In this document: positions 23,723-39,100 of the stretch, in pieces
Layout: every line of letters starts with the position of its first letter
Position numbering within the stretch: the stretch's first letter is position 1
DNA from: Entomortierella parvispora E1425
Lineage: Eukaryota; Fungi; Mortierellomycota
Assembly: GCA_020891255.1 (NCBI GenBank)
Contig: BQFW01000002.1
Coordinates: forward strand, 372,001-436,000
Length of the DNA: 64,000 nt
Direction: 5' to 3'
Program-made: the position numbers and the translations under genes
The notes under the pieces: model-generated
Databases searched by the model: none
What the model was told of the DNA's origin: nothing
Seen by the model: the letters and a program-made list of their open reading frames with translations, nothing else

Positions 23723-25003
23723 TTAAAGGCCCATCAAGAAGCTTGCCAGGGCACTATCACCTCCTGAAGCTCCAGAGCCATTGTTGTCCGGTTGGTCCTT
23801 CGCCTTTTGATTTTGAAGTAAAGTGGCGAGATTCTGTTTCTTTTTCTTTTTGTTGCTGCCACCACCACCCAATGGAGGTATCCGCGGAGAAGAAGCTGGA
23901 GATGTGGCTGCTGAAGATGCTGGTGATGGAGCCAAAGAGAGTCCTCCCACAGGGGATACAGGCATGGAGACGGAATACTTTGCCTTTTTGACATTTGAAA
24001 ATTGAGATGGCTGGGGAAGAGGTGATCCTGGTCGTTTGGCGTGTGAGAAGGTGCCTCCTTGCTGAACAACAGGCGAAGCTGGATTGCTCATCCTGTCGGT
24101 ATTGCGTACTAGTGGCGATGACACAGCCGAGTTGTTCGTCGATGGGTTGCCCTTAGTAGCTTCTGTACTCGCTACCATCGCGTCTTCCTTTTGCGTCAAT
24201 CGGTGTTGCTTTCTAGCCTTTCGCTGTTGCGCCCTTTGTGCGGCATCAGATACCTTGATCTTGGAATTGAGATAGCCCTCCTTGGTGCCGTCGAGTTCGG
24301 TTTGGCGAAAGCAGCGCTTGCAAGAGTAATAAACGTGATTCAGGACCTGACTTGCACGCTTGTCAGATTTTGTAACGCTGCCCTGAACGGCCTGGCCCGT
24401 CATCCTCCGCTTCAGTTGTTGTTGACGTTGCTGCTCTTCACGAGCCATTTCGGTGTATGGTGTAATTCGAATGATCTTTTGAGCGGATTTCTGCTGAATT
24501 GCTTGGATTGCTCTTTGTTTTGCTGTTTCCGATGGTGCTATCGTTTTAGAGTCCAGATCTCCAGGTATATCAGTCGGGGCAGCGATCGAAGAGGTGTCCT
24601 TAGTCGAATCTTCCTTTCTGCTCTTCTGCTTCTTGTTAACGTTATCGCCCTTGTTGTCCTTTTCCTCCTTCAACTTGTCCTGACCCATTGAGGCGCCACC
24701 TTCCTTCTGAGCCTTGTTCCTTTCGATCTTTGCCTTCTTGCGAGCGTTCCGTTTCCGTCTTTCCCTTTCCGTCTTTGTTTCCTTGACAGGTTCGATCCTG
24801 ACTTGAGCGTTCACGCCAGGGACGAAAATGGATCCACATCCCGCGCAAGATTTGGTCTGAATATCCTCGTGCAGTCGCAGGTCACGTTCAGAGGCGAGGG
24901 AAAGAAACTGAGACATGTAATGAGACGAGGCGCTCGGACATTGGGCCAAGAGCATGTGAGATGCCTTCCAAAGGAACTCGAGACGGGCGTTCGCGTCGGC
25001 CAT
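23723..25003 (-). CDS. RPR2: RNase P subunit Rpr2/Rpp21 family protein, 426 aa, with long insertion and tail
   Basis: Likely start MADANARLEFLWKASH (ATG 25003). Rpp21 motifs RLEFLW.A, KSCAGCGSIFVPG and a second CxxC (YSCKRC). Confidence 0.75.
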   Translation of the reverse strand: MADANARLEFLWKASHMLLAQCPSASSHYMSQFLSLASERDLRLHEDIQTKSCAGCGSIFVPGVNAQVRIEPVKETKTERERRKRNARKKAKIERNKAQKEGGASMGQDKLKEEKDNKGDNVNKKQKSRKEDSTKDTSSIAAPTDIPGDLDSKTIAPSETAKQRAIQAIQQKSAQKIIRITPYTEMAREEQQRQQQLKRRMTGQAVQGSVTKSDKRASQVLNHVYYSCKRCFRQTELDGTKEGYLNSKIKVSDAAQRAQQRKARKQHRLTQKEDAMVASTEATKGNPSTNNSAVSSPLVRNTDRMSNPASPVVQQGGTFSHAKRPGSPLPQPSQFSNVKKAKYSVSMPVSPVGGLSLAPSPASSAATSPASSPRIPPLGGGGSNKKKKKQNLATLLQNQKAKDQPDNNGSGASGGDSALASFLMGL

Positions 25004-25264
25004 GGGAGGGAAGAAGGGATGGTGATAGGGGAATAATTGACGAATGGAAGAACGTGAAGAGAAGAGCGGGCCATGGTTGACCACCATTGGGCCACTCTTC
25101 ACTTCAGCCACCAAACACGGACTGCTTTTCAGGTTTCTTTTTTCTTTTTTTTTTCTTCGTATGAATGAAGGGGGCGATGTTCAGAAGGAAGAGAGATGCG
25201 ATCAACTGGCAATTCATCTGTTGCATCAGTACCATTCTTATCTTCAGCACCATTAGCAGTTCTC

Positions 25265-26745
25265 ATGGAAGTCACCAAGCAGGAAAAGCAGAGCTTTGCT
25301 CGTTACAAGGCCAACAACACGATCGAGGAGGGCGACCTTGTTGTCATGTACCTTGTAAGGAATCACGCGACTCGTACCTCTCACCCTCTCAACTTCGCCT
25401 CACCTCCCTCAACCAATACTCAGGATTTTAACCCACCATACCTTTTCTCCCTTTTACTATCTTTTATTGGACCATTCATAGAGCAAAGAGACCATGAGCA
25501 TCATCCGTATCAAGGACGGCGACTATTTCAACTGCAAATTCGGAAACTACAAGCACTCTGACATGATTGGACTGCAATATGGCACCAAACTCGGCTCCAA
25601 CACTGGCCGTGGATTCATCTATCTCTTGCACCCTACCCCAGAACTCTGGACCTTGGTCTTGCCTCACCGGACCCAGATTCTTTATATTGCCGACATTTCG
25701 TTCGTGATGAACTTTTTGAACCTGAAGCCTGGCATGTCCATGATTGAATCCGGTACTGGATCTGGATCCTTTTCGCACTCGATCGCCAGGACTTTGGCTC
25801 CTACCGGTCATTTGTACACGTTTGAATACCATCAGGAGCGTGTGAATGCGGCCAAGAAGGAATTTGAGGACCATGGCTTGTCGGATATGGTCACGCTCGA
25901 GTGCAGAGATGTTTGCAAGAATGGGTTCGGTTTGGAGAACAAGGTGGACGCGAGTAAGTCCCTGTTTTTTTGTTATTTCTTTTTAAAGAAAAAAAAAGGA
26001 TATTATAGTAAGATGATGGACGACACAAGTTTTAACTCGCTTTCTTTCTTCGCGACTAGTCTTTTTGGATTTGCCTGCACCTTGGGACGCAGTGGCATCG
26101 GCCAAGAAGGCGTTCAAACAGGACAAGATTGGAAAGATTTGCACATTCAGTCCTTGTATTGAGCAGATCTCCAGGACAGTGACGGCGTTGAACGACGAAG
26201 GATTCGTGGATATTCAAATGTACGAATGTTTGATCCGATTCAATGAAATCCGAGTTATCCCCCTTTGGACCATTGAGCAGGCTATGGAAAAGCAGCGCGC
26301 CGTGGAATTGAAGAGAAAGAAGGCCACCCCCCGTCACATGAGAGAGAACAACACGACAGAAGAAGAGACCTCAGCCAAGAAGATCAAGACTGAATCAGCA
26401 ACAGCAGAGGAAAGCAACCCTGGCACTCCCGCCTCCACAGCTACCACTACCACAAACAACTCGGATTCGGAAATGGACGATGGGGCCGCCATTGTGATTC
26501 CAAAATCAGAGACACCCTCTGCAGCTTCGACCCCTGTGCTTGCATCGGAGGCCAAGATTGAGACTTCAACGCCCACAGCAGCAGCGGCACCTCGGGAACG
26601 AATTGACCCCGTCAATGTTGTCGTCACCAAGTTGCCTGTGGAGCAACGAGGCCATACCTCCTACCTCATGTTTGCGACCTTTACCCCCCAGACTCAGCAC
26701 CCTAGCTTGACGCAACTCAATGCTGAGGCGGCCAAGTCGGAATAG
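25265..26745 (+). CDS. GCD14: tRNA (adenine58-N1)-methyltransferase catalytic subunit, about 415 aa, 3 exons
   Basis: Exons 25265-25354, 25482-25953 and 26060-26745 total 1248 nt. Motifs LLHPTPELWTLVLPHRTQILYIADIS, ESGTGSGSFSH, FLDLPAPW, FSPCIEQ and HTSYL (Trm61/Gcd14). Confidence 0.95.
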
Positions 26746-27104
26746 ATTGTGTAGTGTTTGTAATAATATATCACCCATTATGTTAATATCCCCTACCACG
26801 AAGATGCCGAATCCTAGATGAAAACAAGAACGCCTTCAAGCCGTTCCCGTCAGAACAGCTCCGCCTTTCTCATATGTGACTTTATGAGCGATAGCAAGAG
26901 CGATGGCGCCATGCAGGACTTAGGGAAGATGGACGGGGGTATCAATGAAAGAAGGGAAAAGATTGTGTCCAATCGAAGAGTCGTTGATCTTCCCACGACA
27001 GTCACCGGGCGTTTTTTTTGGTGCGCTTCTTTCCCCATTTGTAGCTGTTCGCATTCTTCTTTCCTTCACCTTCCCTTCTTTTTACTACCCTATACCTCAT
27101 CACC

Positions 27105-27976
27105 ATGGCCCCCATTCACAAGTTCAGCGACAGAGTCAAGGTCGTCATCACCGGATTCGAGGTACAGCACATGTTCCTGACATTTGACATTCGTCTTGCC
27201 CCGTTTTTGTTTATTCTCGGGAAGACTGCATGAGCTTTGGAGGCTGACGCTGCTGGTTTTCCATCCCTGTGCCCATGTAGCCCTTTGGCAAGCATGTGAC
27301 CAATCCCTCTTGGCAGGCAGTCAGGGTGTTGAACAACCTTACTCTCGACCTTCCCTCCCCTTCCCCCAAGGCCGGAGCTGCCCACCACAAGGCCACTAAG
27401 GTCGATATCGTTTGCCAAGAATTGCCAGTCGAGTACCGCAAGGTGCCCGATCTCGTCCCTGAGCTTCATGTGACCCACAGCAAGCCTGCCGTGACCCTCG
27501 ATGCTAACCAAGATGCACAGAAGGAGTACCTGAAGACCTATTATATCCATGTCGGTGTCGGACATGACGGACACACTGCCATTGAAACCCAGGCCCATCG
27601 CACCGGCTATGGTCATCCCGACAACGCATCCTGGTTCCCCGAGTCCAAGGAGGAGGCACCTGTGAAGAAGGAAGCTTGGGCTGCGGACCCTGACGTTTTG
27701 ACGACCACTGTCGACACCTTGGCGTTGGCAGAGTACTTGAAGACCGAGAAGGGATGGATCTGTCAGCAGAGCATGGATGCTGGACATTACTTGTGCGAAT
27801 ACACCTTCTACTTGAGCATGGCAGAGAGACATCGCAGGATCCTCAGTGGACAGGAGAGCGAGCATGATCGTGCCTGCTTGTTTGTCCATGTGCCCAGTGT
27901 CGGAAACCCTTACACCTTGGAGGAGTTGCAGCGATTTGTTCAGGATATGGTCGTTGCGGTCGCCAGCCAATACTAG
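27105..27976 (+). CDS. Pyroglutamyl-peptidase I (peptidase C15), about 250 aa, 2 exons
   Basis: Exons 27105-27161 and 27281-27976. Motifs VVITGFEPFG..NPSW, IHVGV, DAGHYLCEYTFY (catalytic Cys) and FVHVP (catalytic His). Confidence 0.9.
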
Positions 27977-28165
27977 AGACCTAGGAAGAAAGAAAGAGAG
28001 AGATACCCCTTTGGCGTAGAAAGGAATAGGCAACCAGTAAAAGCTGCAATCGTTTTTGAAACGTTCAACGGACAGGGTGCTGGTGGTGAAGGAAGGTGGC
28101 AGCGAAGTCGGATGGGTGAGAGTCACGTGATGCCTTCCATGGAAAATGAGAGTTTGCCACGATGA

Positions 28166-29814
<1,649 letters not shown>

Positions 29815-30095
29815 AGAGACTTTTATTTCTTTTTTATCTTGTACCTGATACCAGAAGGACGAATACGAACAGTGTCATGAGGACAATAATGGGACACAGT
29901 GAAGATGCAAAGTGCTCGCGAGAGAAGGAAACATAGAAACGTCGGCCTTCACAAAATATATCATGTTTTTTGCCATATTTCACGTGACCATTTTTTGAAG
30001 GAGGATTTTTTTCCACAGTGCAAAGCAGATCAACTTTTTTTTTGACCATTGCATTCAAGCATTCTCTGCGACACTACCTCAAGGACGTTTTAATC

Positions 30096-32791
30096 ATGGA
30101 TCGCGATTCCGAGACTGCAGAGTTGGCAAACTATTTCTCAAAGTTCTCCGCAGCATTGACGCGCCTAGACGAGGAGCTAGCTCGGTGGAAGAACTACGAG
30201 TCGGACTATGAGGCGCTCAAGACCACGTTGCTGGATTTGCCTAAGGAGACCTCGCATTCTGTTATGGTAAAGCAAGGTTGAATGAAGGCAAAATGCGTGG
30301 CTCGATGCGTCAACCCAATCACCCTATCACTCCAGGAGAGGAGGCTGCGATCACAAGAGGGCGGCAGTGGACACAACATTCAAAGCATCTGGAGAGCTGA
30401 CACGTTCTTTTCATCGTATGGCCGTCCTTTTTTTTCGACGTTCTAGGTCCCTTTTGGAAACTTGGCATTCATGCCTGGAAAATTGGTGCATACGAACGAG
30501 GTATTGGTAATGCTTGGTGACAATTGGTTCGTGGACCGGTCTGCAGTTCAGGCGGCTGAGATTGTTGACCGTAGAATGGAGCGTAAGTGGAAGTGAAATT
30601 TCCGATGAATGGATTGGTTCTGCAGATTCACTGCCTCTTATTAACGGCTGTCGATTTTGATCTCGTCTTTGACAAAAACGAATATAGTTGTTCAGGAAAA
30701 TATTACAAAGATCAAGGCGCAAGAAGAGGCGATCCGAACAAAGAGCGGAGTGGCCCCAGGATTGCTTGGAAGACAAGAGGTACATTTGGAGTGACATTTC
30801 ATATTTAATCTATGGTGCTATTGACTCCATGCCTAATACCATCTTTTTGGATCATCTTTACAGTACAACGAAGAGGGACTCCCCATTGTGGAGATCACTG
30901 AGCCCTACTTTTCGGACGATGAGGAAGGCGCAGAGAAGAAGGAAACTCCAGCAGGATTGTTGCCTTTTTCTCAAAAGACTCCTGAGGAGCAGGCCGCAGA
31001 TCGGGCCATCCTGGACCGACTCGCAGAGTTGGAGCGCGAGGATGAAGAAAGAGAACGTCGTCGAGAGGCGGGCGAGATTGTCACCTCGGATGAAGAGACT
31101 TCAGAGTCAGAGGAGGAAGACTATGATGATGGAGAGAGTGAGGACGAACATCGACCCAAAGCATTGGACTCTGATGAGGAGTATGAAGAAGAGGTTTGGG
31201 AACATTCAGGAAACGAATCCGAGGAGGATGAACGGGAAGAGGACTTGTCGCCCAGGAAAACTGTTCGATTCGCGGACCAGGTGGCCAAGGCTATGAAGCC
31301 ATCCCAGGCGTCCTCATCCTCGTCTACTATCAAGACAAAGTCACCCTCCGACATTTTCGACCAGATGAGATCCAAGCAGCAGGCGGCTCGGAATACTGGA
31401 TCAGGACCTATGGTCAACATGTCCAACCTCGAATCCACCTTTTCTAACCTGATGGGTACGCCAGCTGCAGCTCCCAGGAAAAAGCCTCTGATTGTTGAAG
31501 TCGACGAAACGCCAGCACTAGCACCAGAAGCGCCAGCTCTTAAATCGTCGCTCAAGCCTACGCCCAAAAAGCAGTCGTTGTTCAAACAGTCCAAGATCCA
31601 GGAGGTGGTTGAAAAGCCCTTGATCAAGGAAGTTGTTCAGCCGGCAGCAGCCGCTCAGGAAGAGATTCAGCAACCTCCCAAGAAGCTCTCAAAGTTTGCC
31701 ATGGCTCGTGCGGCAGCTGCAGCAGGTGGCTCGACCGCACCAGCCGTCCAAGCAGCTGCCTCTTCAGCGCCCATCATCGCCCCCAGTGCCAAACCTGCGA
31801 AGCTTGGAGTGTCGGATCTCGTCTTTGAACGCGAGGTACCTTCAGTAGCACCAACAATGCCTGGATTCTCGCATGTTGTGGAGAGGAATGTGACCCCAGC
31901 CGTTGTCAAGGAGACCGCCCCACCTACATCATCTATTACTGGATTCAAGGACGTTGTTGAGAACACCTTTACCAAACCTGCCCCAGCAAAGGATGTCATT
32001 GAAAACACATTCACGAAACCTTCAGGAATCCCCGAGGTGGGTTCTTCTAGTGAAGGTCGCAAGAAATCCCTTTTCCGTCAACAGCAGCAACAGCCACAGC
32101 AACAGTCTGCTCGCCGCATGCTTCCAGAGTCTGCCTTCCCAGACTCTAGTTACGGATTGGATGAAGGCGACGAGTATGATGTTACGCCAGTGCCCTCCAT
32201 CTCTGCCCGTCCACCAAACGTGGTGGTCGCTTCATCTGCAGACAAGGGCAAGGCACCTATTAAGCCAGCTATGAAGACCATCCCCGTTGTTGCTAGCTCA
32301 AAGCTCAGAGATACAGCGCTTTTGAAGGGTAGTGTTGTTGAGAGGGAGGAAATCGAGTCTGTGGACGAGGATGAACTCGAGGATGATATGCTCATGCGAC
32401 AGGTAAATTTGAGCTCATCTGACAACATTTTGCTGCCAATTTTTTTCGGCTCGCAAACCTCACTCAACTCCAAACTTTTTATTAGGTTGTAAGTGAATAC
32501 CAGGAGCGAAGACAGGCCATGATTGCTCAGCATGGAGCCTTCAATAGAGAAGACATTGAGCGAATCTGGGAGCAGCAAGTGGTCATCCCTCCTGGAATGA
32601 TGATCCCAGAGACCCCTATCGAGATTGTCCACGACATGGACGAAGATGACTATGAAGAGGAGGACGATGAAGAGGAGGAAGAAGAGGAGGCGGTCCAGGA
32701 GACGGTTGTTGATGACCGAAACCAGCCCCCCAAGAAACTCTCGCTCTTCCGTGCCGCTCGACTCACAGGCTCCTTGTCCAAGCAGGAATAA
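30096..32791 (+). CDS. BUD27: Unconventional prefoldin RPB5 interactor (Bud27/URI)
   Basis: Prefoldin-alpha hairpin MVPFGNLAFMPGKLVHTNEVLVMLGDNWFVDRSAVQAAEIVDRR, YNEEGLPIVEITE, acidic region and C-terminal KKLSLFRAAR. Five exons with GT-AG introns. Confidence 0.9.
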
Positions 32792-32938
32792 AAACCATCC
32801 ATTCATGTTGCATCTTGATAAAATCATTTGTTTTCACTATTTTTAATATTTCTTGAATGCTTCGTGAAGGGATATGAATGCTATGAAAAATGCTCAGAGT
32901 GGAGATTAGATGAGAAAGTGTTTGGTTCTCTATTCTTT

Positions 32939-34901
32939 CTAAAGCTCGATGGCGTTTCCACGAGTAATCTTGCCCCATCCAATCAAACGCCAATGGTTGG
33001 CAATACGACGTGACAACGCAACGTTGGCACCGACTCTATAGAATGAAAAGAAATAAAAGATAAAGTCAGTATGAGTAACGGCCTTCCTGACGAGTTCTCA
33101 AATGTAATAGTGAATGGAGGGAAAGAAAAAAAACATACTCTGAACATGCCAATCCTGTGAGAGCAATCTTTGCGATATCGTTCTTGACCTGGATGACACG
33201 ACCTCCAGTGGAGGTGGAGCCAATGTTGACCATCAGGACCTCGTTCTTTGTCAATTTCGTGACCTTGGCCTGCTTCTTGTCATCAGTCTTGACTCCCAAG
33301 AGACGACGCAACAAGAAGTAGTTGATCTCCAGCTCAGAGTACACATCTGGCAACTTGCCCACAGAGCCGAGAACCTGTCCGACCAAGCGATCTGCACGGC
33401 ACAGAGTAGGGTCAATCTTGGTACCGACACCAATCAATCCACCAGGAACTGCAAACTTGAGGTTATTGCTCTCAGCCAACAGTGTTACGATTCTTGACAA
33501 GATAGGTCTGCACTTGATCTTGCCCTCGTTGTCCTTGGTAACGATACCGGGGCGGATCTCAATCTCGTCTCCCAGACGCAACACTCCGCTCAAAATAGAG
33601 CCTCCAGCAATACCTCCTGTCAAGCTGTCTACCTCTGCACCGGGCTTGTTGACATCGAATGAACGAATGACAATCAAGCGGGGATCTGAAGTAAAGTCTC
33701 TGACGGGGATAGGGATCCTCTTGACAATATATTCGTTGACAGCATCAATGTTGTACTTGAGCTGTGCAGAGATGGGGACAATGGGTGCTGAGTCTGCAAT
33801 GGTGCCCTTGACGAACTGAAGGATGCTCTGGTAATGCTCCTGTGCTGCTGACTCCTTGATCAAATCCACCTTGTTTTGAAGAATGATGATGTGTTCCAGC
33901 TTCATGATCTCAATAGCAGCCAAATGTTCACTGGTCTGGGGCTGAGGGCACGATTCGTTGGCAGCCACCAATAAAAGCGCGGCGTCCATGACTGCAGCTC
34001 CGTTCAGCATGGTAGCCATGAGAATATCGTGTCCTACGATCGCGCAAAAGTGTTTAAAATAGAGTCAGACCCACGTCTTTTTCAAAATAGTACAGTCCGC
34101 GCCATAATCTATACTTCATGTCCATGTCCTCTCTCATACCTGGGCAATCAACAAAGGAGACATGTCTAAAAGGGTGAAGGAAGGGGAAATTTGTTTAGTG
34201 ACAGGATATGACTCAAAATTCATCATCATGCCGGCAAAGCCGAAAAAAACAACCAAAATTTACCTCTCCAACTTCATGGTTCCACCACAGAAGGGACGTT
34301 CGCACTTGGGGTAATCTTCCATGTTGCTGCGGTACGACTTGTAGCATCCTGGTCTTGGGCATGCCTCATTCTGACATTTGTAAATCTGAATTTTTTTTTT
34401 AAAAAAAAAAAAAAAAGTTGATCAGTCAAAATATTTTGAGCATAGATCCGTGGTTTCCTCCACTGAATCTTGAAGCATGTCTTTTCACTGACCTTGGCGT
34501 TGGCATATCCAAGCTTAATGGTAATGTTACGCTCCAACTCGTTCTTAAATCTGACAGTCTGAAAAGTAAAAAAATACAAGAGCCTTTTGTCAGATCATGA
34601 TGGCATTTTGACAAGACCTCCAAGTAAAAATATTGAAACTATCTGTTGTACCTGCACACCGGAAATGGCCTTGACAACGGTGGATTTACCGTGAGCGACG
34701 TGACCGATGGTGCCTAAAATGGTATTGTTAAAGCATGGTCCGTGAGTGATAGGGGTTTCGTAAAAGGGTTTGGGTTTTTCAACAATGAGATCTAGTTTTT
34801 AAAAAAAAAAAAAAAGAACTACCGATGTTGATCGTGGCCTGCTTCGAGATGACTTCGGGCGAGAGTGCGTTGAGAGTGGACAGGTCGAGAGGCGCGTCCA
34901 T
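32939..34901 (-). CDS. GCD11: Translation initiation factor eIF2 gamma subunit
   Basis: [77 protein letters not shown]; last exon 33035-32939 encodes [13 protein letters not shown]. Confidence 0.96.
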
Positions 34902-35847
34902 GATGGATAGTATAAATGGGGGTCGAGAGAGGGGATGAATAAACACTTGAGAGAAGCGAATGAGGAGAATGCAGCACGTCCTGGTTCAAATACACCACCA
35001 TGTGTGTATGTACGCTGTACTGCGCCCTTGTCCTGCGAAGAGCAAGGTGACAGAAGAAACACGAATGGTGGCTTGTGCAATATGTTGATTGTTTACGGTT
35101 GGATTTCACGTACGTGGTCGAAAAAGTTGCGTACACACGTCACCGCGGGAGGTGTGCTGTGTGGTGCAGAGTACACACACACGAGAAGGAGAAGGAACAA
35201 AAGGACAGACAGGGGCAGTACAGAGCAGAGCAGAGCGGGGCCAGCCAGCTCAGAGAGAAGGTTAAAGAAAGAGAGGCGCTTTCCTCCCTTTCCTTTTCCC
35301 TCAATCCCATCAACACTCTCCTGCACGTCCCCTTTCGCTCACCCTACTCCACACCCGCCCCTCCCCCGTCGTTCCCCCCTTCGCTTCCTCGCAAACACAC
35401 ATTCCATTCATATCAAGGTACTTGCTCTCTCTACCCTCCTCTCACTCTCGCATCCTCACTCGCAAATGTTCGTGCTGCCACAAAAGAAAAGAAGAGATCA
35501 TCTCCCGCCCCTTTCTGCCCCCAATCAACAAATCACCCCAGAAGACAACAACAGGGAAAAAAAAAGGATTGACACGAATACCCCTAGGACTGATCAGTGA
35601 GGACATGTCGACCCAGACACCCGACCCACCGAGGCTGTTTACTTTTACTCACTTGGCTGGATCTCCATGACGCTTGGCATCTGCCGACTGAGGTTCAAAG
35701 TGGCCTTGCTTGGACCAAGGAGCCATCAATCACACAATCCATCAGTGTGGCCGTGGCAAGAAGACAAGGGAGAGGAGACACAGGCTGATCAGCCCTTGCA
35801 GACATGACACGCATCGTCACCACATCCCAAACACACACAGTGTGTGA

Positions 35848-35874
35848 GTGTGAGAAGTGTGAGAAGTGTGAGAA
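35848..35874 (+). repeat. (GTGTGAGAA)x3 tandem repeat in the GCD11-DEF1 divergent spacer
   Basis: Three exact 9-bp units. Confidence 0.9.
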
Positions 35875-36108
35875 GAGAGTGCCCATCCATTGGCCGAGCT
35901 GATCTGCGGTGTTGCCCTTGGTGTGATTGTGGGATTGCGCTGCCTTTAGTCTCTGCTTCTCTTTTTACTTTCCCCCTTCACTCCTTCCCTCCTTCCCTCC
36001 TTCCCCCCTCTCCTTCCCCCCCGCCTCCTACCTCTTCCCCGACACATACAAACTCTTTATTCTGTTGCCACCACTAACTCTGCCGTCTTTTCCCTATCTC
36101 CAGATATA

Positions 36109-39100
36109 ATGGCAACCACTCACAGCAATACTACACAGAGACGCCCTGGCGGCAAAGATGAACCAGAAGATCTTCGCCAACTTCGTCAAGAACATGGAGC
36201 ATCGCTCGCCACATTGAAAGAACTCTTTGCAGACTGGTCAGAGGAAGATCTCTTGTACGCCATCCAAGACGCCGGCGGCGATCTCGAACTTACGATTCTT
36301 CGGATCAGTGATGGTAAGTCCTTGTCCTTTTCGCTCTTGCCGCCGTCCTTTTTGGCGGCATATGCACAGCCACTTTTCTTTCTCTCTTTTTTTTTTGGAT
36401 CTCCACTTGATGTGGTGATTCACCAAAGGCAGACCTGCGGGCTGCTTGCGGTAATGCCACAAAGAAGAGGAAAAAAAAAGACGAGCAAGTGCAGAGGCAC
36501 TCGATGGTGGGAGAAGAGGGGATCTTTAGTGCAAGGTCAGGTGGTGTTTGTCAGTAAACCGTTGTACTCGCGCCGGCTATCATCGAAACGAACTACTCCT
36601 GTCCGTGCCCCTCCTTTGGGAAACACTCCAGTGATTTGTTTGACGATACGATACAACGATACAACGGTACAAAAGCCTGGTGCCGCCCCCCTGCCTTGTT
36701 CTCACCGATCTGGCGATAAAGAGGGGAATGGGAGCAGGCTGACAGGGTGTTTGTGTGTCGGATCAAACCGAATTGGCGATACCCCCCTGTCCTGCCCCCG
36801 TTCTGCGTTGCTCTGTTTCAGATGGTGGTGGTACTCGTGTCGACATATGTATTGGACAGAGCGAATCTTTGACAACTAACTGCTCTTTCTTTGGTCGTGT
36901 CGCTGGATCAACTGTCCTCTAGGTCATGCTACTCAGTGGGGTGAGGTCAAGGGCAAGAAAAAGACCCCCAAGCCAAAGACTACCGAGAAGCAAGAGTTCC
37001 GTTCCTCCAACAGCCAGCGCGGAGGTTTCGCAGGACGTGGTCGTGGTGGTAAGTTGCACTGGACGACTGGACGACTGGACGACTGGACTGCTGGACCGCT
37101 GGATCAACCCACCAACTGACTGGACCAAGTAGAGGCTTGGCCCTGACAAAACTTGAGCGACCTTCTAATACGACTCTTTTTTTTTCCTGTGGCGACTCTA
37201 GATGGATTCCGTGGTGCACGCGGTGGAGCCACAAGAGGCGCCCCTCGCGCCTTGAACGGTGGAGACAGAAACGTACGCCCCAAGGAGGCTACCAACACAG
37301 AGGCACCTTCAGAGGAGACCAGCACCGAGAAGACCGAGAGCAGCTCTACCCCTTCATGGGCCGAGACCGCTGCCGCCTCAACTGTCGAGACTCCTTCCGA
37401 GAACGCCGTGCCCGCAGCAACTAACGAATCTTCCGCCACCCCCACAACCGACGCCTGGTCAACTACCGCCACCAGCTCTACTCCTTCTAATGACTCATGG
37501 CCTGCTGCTGCTGCCACACCTGCTGCCGCTGTTGCCGCAGCTGCCCCTGTCCGCAAAGTGAACACTGCCACCATCCCAGCTGGCAGCAAGATGTCCTGGG
37601 CCAAGATTGTCAAGTAAGGACTTGGCGAACAAACTGGCTGGCACTGCGTGTCTCCAGAGCGTATACTTGCATGTTTTCGACCTTCATTTGCTGACCTTAT
37701 CTTTTTTCTTTTCATTAGGCCTGAGCCCGCTCCTCAACCTGTCGCTCCTCCTGCTCCTGCTCCCGCTCCCGTCCATATACCCGCTGCTGAACCTGTCATT
37801 CCTGCCGCCAAGGTCGTGGAGCCTGTTGTCGAAGCTACCCCCGAGGTCGCACCTGCTGTTGTCGAGGAGGCTCCTGAGGTTGTTCCTGAGCCCGAGGTCG
37901 TTGAGGCTGTTGTTGAGGAGAAGATCGAGGAGCCCGTTGCTGCCCCTGAACCTGTGGAGGCTGAGCCCGTCCAGGCTGCTGTCACTCCTTCGCCCAAGGT
38001 TCCCGCTGTTGGACCCCCAGGATTGAAGAAGGCTGCTCCCCAGCCCCGCCGCTTGAACCAGGATGCCCCCGTTGTGATGCCCGGAGGATCCTCTTCTCTC
38101 CAGAGTGTTGGTGTCAAGTTTGGCAGCTTCTCTTTGAACGATGATGCCGAGGAGGAGACCCCTGCTCAACCCGCTCAGCCTGAGGCTGCTCCTCAGCCCG
38201 TTGCTGCCCCTGCCGCCCCTGCTGCCGCCGCGACTACTCCTTCCCAGCAACCCCAGCAGCCTGCCTACAACCGCCAGCCCAGCGCTCCCACCGGAGCTGC
38301 CGGCTACCAGGGCGCCACTCCCGCTGCTGCCAGCGGCCTCTCGCCCGCCGCTGCCAACGCCTCTTACTTGAAGCAGGATCCCGCTGCCAACACCTACCTC
38401 GGACAGCACCACCACCACCCCGGAATGGGCCACGACGCCATGGGCTCTCCTTATGGATCTTACATGCCCAACCCTGCCAACCAGCTCGGATCCTTCGGCA
38501 TGGGCCCCATGGCCTCCCTCCCTAACGACTACGCTGCCCTCTATGGAAACGACATCCAGAGAGCCATGTACTACGATCCCGCCAGCTACGGCCAGATCCC
38601 CGTGACCGGTGCCAACAACTACCAGTCTCGCGATGCTAAGTACAACCAGGACGCCTCTGCCACCACCAGCACCACTGGCGCCAGCACCGCTTCCAGCCAG
38701 GCTCAGCAGACTCTCCAGCAGCAGCAACAGCAACAGCAGGCCTACCCCAACATTGCTGGAGGCATGCCCGGATACTACCCTTACTACTACATGGCCCCCA
38801 ACCAGTTCCCCAACTACCAGCAGTCTGGATACGGTCAGCCTTTTGTTAACAAGAACATGTACCCAATGTACCAGCAGCAGCAGCACCAGCAGCACTCGAC
38901 CAAGCCCGGTGCCGCCAACAGCTCTCCCTATGGTGCCTATAGCTCCACCGCTGGCCAGGGTCACCACCAGTACTCCCAGACCGGATATGAGGATATGTCC
39001 GGAGCTGGCATCCACGGTATGGGTGGTTTGAACAACGACTCCTATGGCAAGTACAACAACCCCGGTATGCAGTTCTTGGGCAACCAGCAGCAGCCTGCCA

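Noticed and set aside
36314-36922. Long introns (DEF1-like intron 1; Asn-tRNA ligase intron 1 at 21325-21634) as snoRNA hosts
   Set aside because: No paired C (RTGATGA) and D (CTGA) boxes were seen; H/ACA RNAs cannot be judged by eye and would need an Infernal/Rfam search.
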